Positions 62,301 through 64,000 of a DNA stretch of 64,000 nt are shown here, piece by piece (position 1 is the stretch's first letter; each line of letters begins with the position of its first letter). The stretch comes from Nitrospirota bacterium. Lineage in GTDB: Bacteria > Nitrospirota > UBA9217. The stretch spans positions 64,001 through 128,000 of the forward strand of contig CAWIYV010000011.1 in assembly GCA_963840455.1 (NCBI GenBank). Direction: 5' to 3'. The notes under the pieces were generated by a model, which saw only the letters and a list, made by a program, of their open reading frames with translations, ran no database searches and had not been told where the DNA came from. Made by a program: the position numbers and the translations under genes.

Positions 62301-62448
62301 TCGCGGTGACCACGATGTTCGGAAAATCGACGTTCGGAAGGTCGGAGACCGGCAGCAGACGGTACCCGGCGATACCCACAAACAGGATGGAGAACATGAC
62401 CAGGGTGGTCATGACGGGACGGCGTATGAAGATCTCGGATATGTTCAT
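59338..62448 (-). CDS. RND efflux permease (MdtB/C-like)
   Basis: FIRRPVMT, GFVVDDAIV, KKNGIMMID, RFRPIMMTT. Confidence 0.95.
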   Translation of the reverse strand: MNISEIFIRRPVMTTLVMFSILFVGIAGYRLLPVSDLPNVDFPNIVVTANVPGASPETMASAVATPLEKQFSTIAGIDSMTSVNAQGLTQINIQFNLSRNIDAAAQDVNSAIAGALKQLPQNMPSPPSYRKVNPADQPVLYLALSSPTLPLSTVDDYAQTLIAQRVSMISGVAQVQVFGSQKYAVRVRLNPRALAGKGIGIDEVANAVANANTNLPTGTLYGANQAFTVQTTGQLNDAKAYRPVIVAYRGGSPVRLQELGDVIDSVENDKVASWYRDTRAIILAIQRQPGTNTVEVVDSIKRLIPTFKEQMPASMNLNVMFDRSESIRDSVSDVQFTLVLTVCLVVMVIFLFLRNLSATVIPSLALPMAIIGTFAVMYVMDFSMDNMSLMALTLSVGFVVDDAIVMLENIIRHVEMGENVMEAALKGSKEIGFTILSMTISLVAVFLPVFFMGGIIGRLLHEFAVTIGMSILISGFVSLTLTPMLASRFVRPHAGNEQHGKLYQASERFFTAMLEFYERTLTFALLHRRATMIVSGVLLVATVFLFKIMPTGFLPSEDTGALFITTEAAQGISFDSMKQHQQALAAIVLKDPNVEGFMSAMGAGGSSVSGNQGRIFIKLKPRSERKLHVDQVIQKFRPLLAQVPGIQAFPQNPPPIRIGGTLTKSLYQLTLQSPDTAELYNYTPKLEAKLRELPMLQDVTSDLQIKNPQVNVEIDRDKASALGITAAQVESGLSMAYSAQQVSTIYAPNNQYQVIMQVLPEFQQDPAALSLLYIRSSSGQLVPLSSVSKLSQNVGPLSVNHLGQLPAVTLSFNTRPDVSLGTAVDAVRKMARQVLPASITTSFQGTAQAFQSSMQGLGLLLIAAMLVIYIVLGILYESFIHPLTILSALPFAGFGALVTLLLFGSDLNVYAFVGIILLVGLVKKNGIMMIDFALDAQRREAASPHDAIYKACIVRFRPIMMTTMAALLGTLPIALGFGAGAESRRPLGLAVVGGLLFSQTLTLYVTPVVYLYMDSLQRRLGKMHIFQTRKKAVSHE

Positions 62449-62750
62449 CGAACCCTTTATTACCGCAGAGACCAACAGAATCTTTGACACAGATAACTGC
62501 GGATTGGTTTATGATATAAGCGGATAAAGAACGTATCGTAACGGATCAGCGTTTTATTCCGCGACATTCCCCTTCAAGGACATTACGTGTTCTTTTCCCG
62601 CAAAGATCGCGGAGAAATCAACATTGTTGACACAGAGAAGGCCGGACATGTTATTGATGTTCATAGACAAGACCTCTTCGATCAGCTCTTACCCAGTTTC
62701 TTTCAGTGTAAATCAGCGTCAAAGAATTCCCTTCAAGGTGCTTCGCTGTC

Positions 62751-62843
62751 CCCTGCGCTCTCCGCGTGCTCTGCGGTGAAAAACTATTTCTTTTCCCCGG
62801 TCCTGGTCTGCGCCGTGCTCTGTGTACTCTGTGCCTCTGTGGC
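62751..62843. repeat. Two 9-bp periodic REP-like arms, one inside the adaptor C-terminus
   Basis: ctgcgctctccgcgtgctctgcggtgaaa and gtgctctgtgtactctgtgcctctgtggc. Confidence 0.7.
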
Positions 62844-63956
62844 CGACTCCTGTTTCTTCTGTTCGTTCTTGATCTCAACCTTGGCGCCCGGCACGAGGCG
62901 AAGCTGGCCGTCGGTCACGACCTTCTCTCCCGCCGCGATCCCTTTATCGATGACCGTCCAGTTGCCGTACAACCTCCCCGGCGTCACAACGCGGAGCTCC
63001 ACGGTCATGTCATCCTTGATCACGTAGACATACTGTCCCTGTTGGCCGGTCTGGATCGCCTCGGTCGGGACGATGACGCGGTTCGGCTCCGTGGTCAGCG
63101 TCAGGACAACGTCCACGAACTGCCCGGGCCAGAGCGCCCGGTCCTGGTTCGCGAAGGTGGCCTTCAGCATGATCGTCCCTGTCGTGGTGTTCACCTTGTT
63201 GTCGATGAACGTAAGCGCGCCCTTGATGGGCTTATTGCCGCTCTGCGGGATGCTCACGTCCACGTGGAGATCCCCCGACGCCTGATATTTCTTGATGTTC
63301 GCCAGGTCCTGCTCGGGAACCGAGAAGGTGACATAGATGGGCGTGATCTGGTTGATGGTCACGAGCGGCACGTCATTAGCCTTCACCACGTTCCCCTTCT
63401 GGACCGCAATGGCGCCGGTCCGGCCGTCAATGGGCGACATGATGGCGGTGTACTCCAGCTGGAGCCGGGAGTTCTCCACAGCGGCCTCGTCGGCTGCCAC
63501 CACGGCGTCGAGTGCATTGGAGTTGGTCCGCGCCTTGTCATACTCCTGGATAGATACATAGCCCTTTGATGACAGGGTGGCGTAACGCTTCGCATCCTCC
63601 TGGGCGTTCACGGCCTGGGCGCGGTCGCGGACCAGGGCCGACTGCGCCTGCTGGAGCGCCGCTTCGAAGGGCCGCGGATCGATGCGAAAGAGCAATTTGC
63701 CCTGCCGCACATCCTGCCCTTCACGGAAGAACACCTCGGAGATCTCACCGTTCACCTGGGCCTTGACCGAAACCGTGTTGTAAGCCTCCACGTTCCCTAT
63801 GGCCTTGATCTGGAGCGGGACGTTCTTCTGGTCCGCAGTCGCCGCAACAACCGGCACGATCCGGGGCGGCGGCTGCTTGGCCTTGGAGCAGGAGCTCGCG
63901 AGCGGCGCGGCCAGAAGAAGTGAAATTGCTGTGAAACGAACAATGGATGTGTGCAT
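62784..63956 (-). CDS. RND periplasmic adaptor (MdtA-like lipoprotein)
   Basis: LASSC lipobox, IDPRPF, SPIDGRTG, LWPGQFV. Confidence 0.93.
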   Translation of the reverse strand: MHTSIVRFTAISLLLAAPLASSCSKAKQPPPRIVPVVAATADQKNVPLQIKAIGNVEAYNTVSVKAQVNGEISEVFFREGQDVRQGKLLFRIDPRPFEAALQQAQSALVRDRAQAVNAQEDAKRYATLSSKGYVSIQEYDKARTNSNALDAVVAADEAAVENSRLQLEYTAIMSPIDGRTGAIAVQKGNVVKANDVPLVTINQITPIYVTFSVPEQDLANIKKYQASGDLHVDVSIPQSGNKPIKGALTFIDNKVNTTTGTIMLKATFANQDRALWPGQFVDVVLTLTTEPNRVIVPTEAIQTGQQGQYVYVIKDDMTVELRVVTPGRLYGNWTVIDKGIAAGEKVVTDGQLRLVPGAKVEIKNEQKKQESATEAQSTQSTAQTRTGEKK

Positions 63957-64000
63957 GATGGTCTTTCCGGTTCCTTGAATAGTATAGGTGATCATGGTGT

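Overview
GC-rich (about 60%, estimated by eye) bacterial window. Gene content suggests an anaerobic Nitrospirota- or Desulfobacterota-like organism (inference). No rRNA, tRNA or CRISPR array was seen. In order, it holds: (1) a frameshifted surface protein ending in a CFI-box-CTERM domain, followed by an outer-membrane beta-barrel gene (433-2988); (2) a sigma54-driven, Cys-rich putative metal-handling operon (SurA-like, DUF2318, ABC; 3310-7088); (3) a sulfur-trafficking island of about 28 kb (7445-35670) with two TusA, DsrE/F/H-like proteins, an exported rhodanese, a split-Soret-type cytochrome, TauE/SafE, two YeeE/YedE, a GGYG-repeat protein, six Usp proteins, three NtrC-type regulators, two kinases and an embedded glycosyltransferase/FAD enzyme/B12 radical SAM module; (4) a Rieske/cytochrome b trio; (5) a second CFI-box-type surface protein that is fused in-frame, through an internal signal peptide, to its own beta-barrel; (6) ppnP, ettA, a deacetylase, a Mo-hydroxylase operon, a heme-c kinase with a PhnD-like protein, a triheme cytochrome and an RND plus MacAB-type efflux operon. 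A MITE-like family and short periodic repeats are scattered between genes. The best candidates for undescribed biology are the CFI-box cargo/beta-barrel pair (split in one place, a possible polyprotein in another) and the sulfur island with its GGYG-repeat protein. All calls come from motif recognition by eye; no database searches were run.
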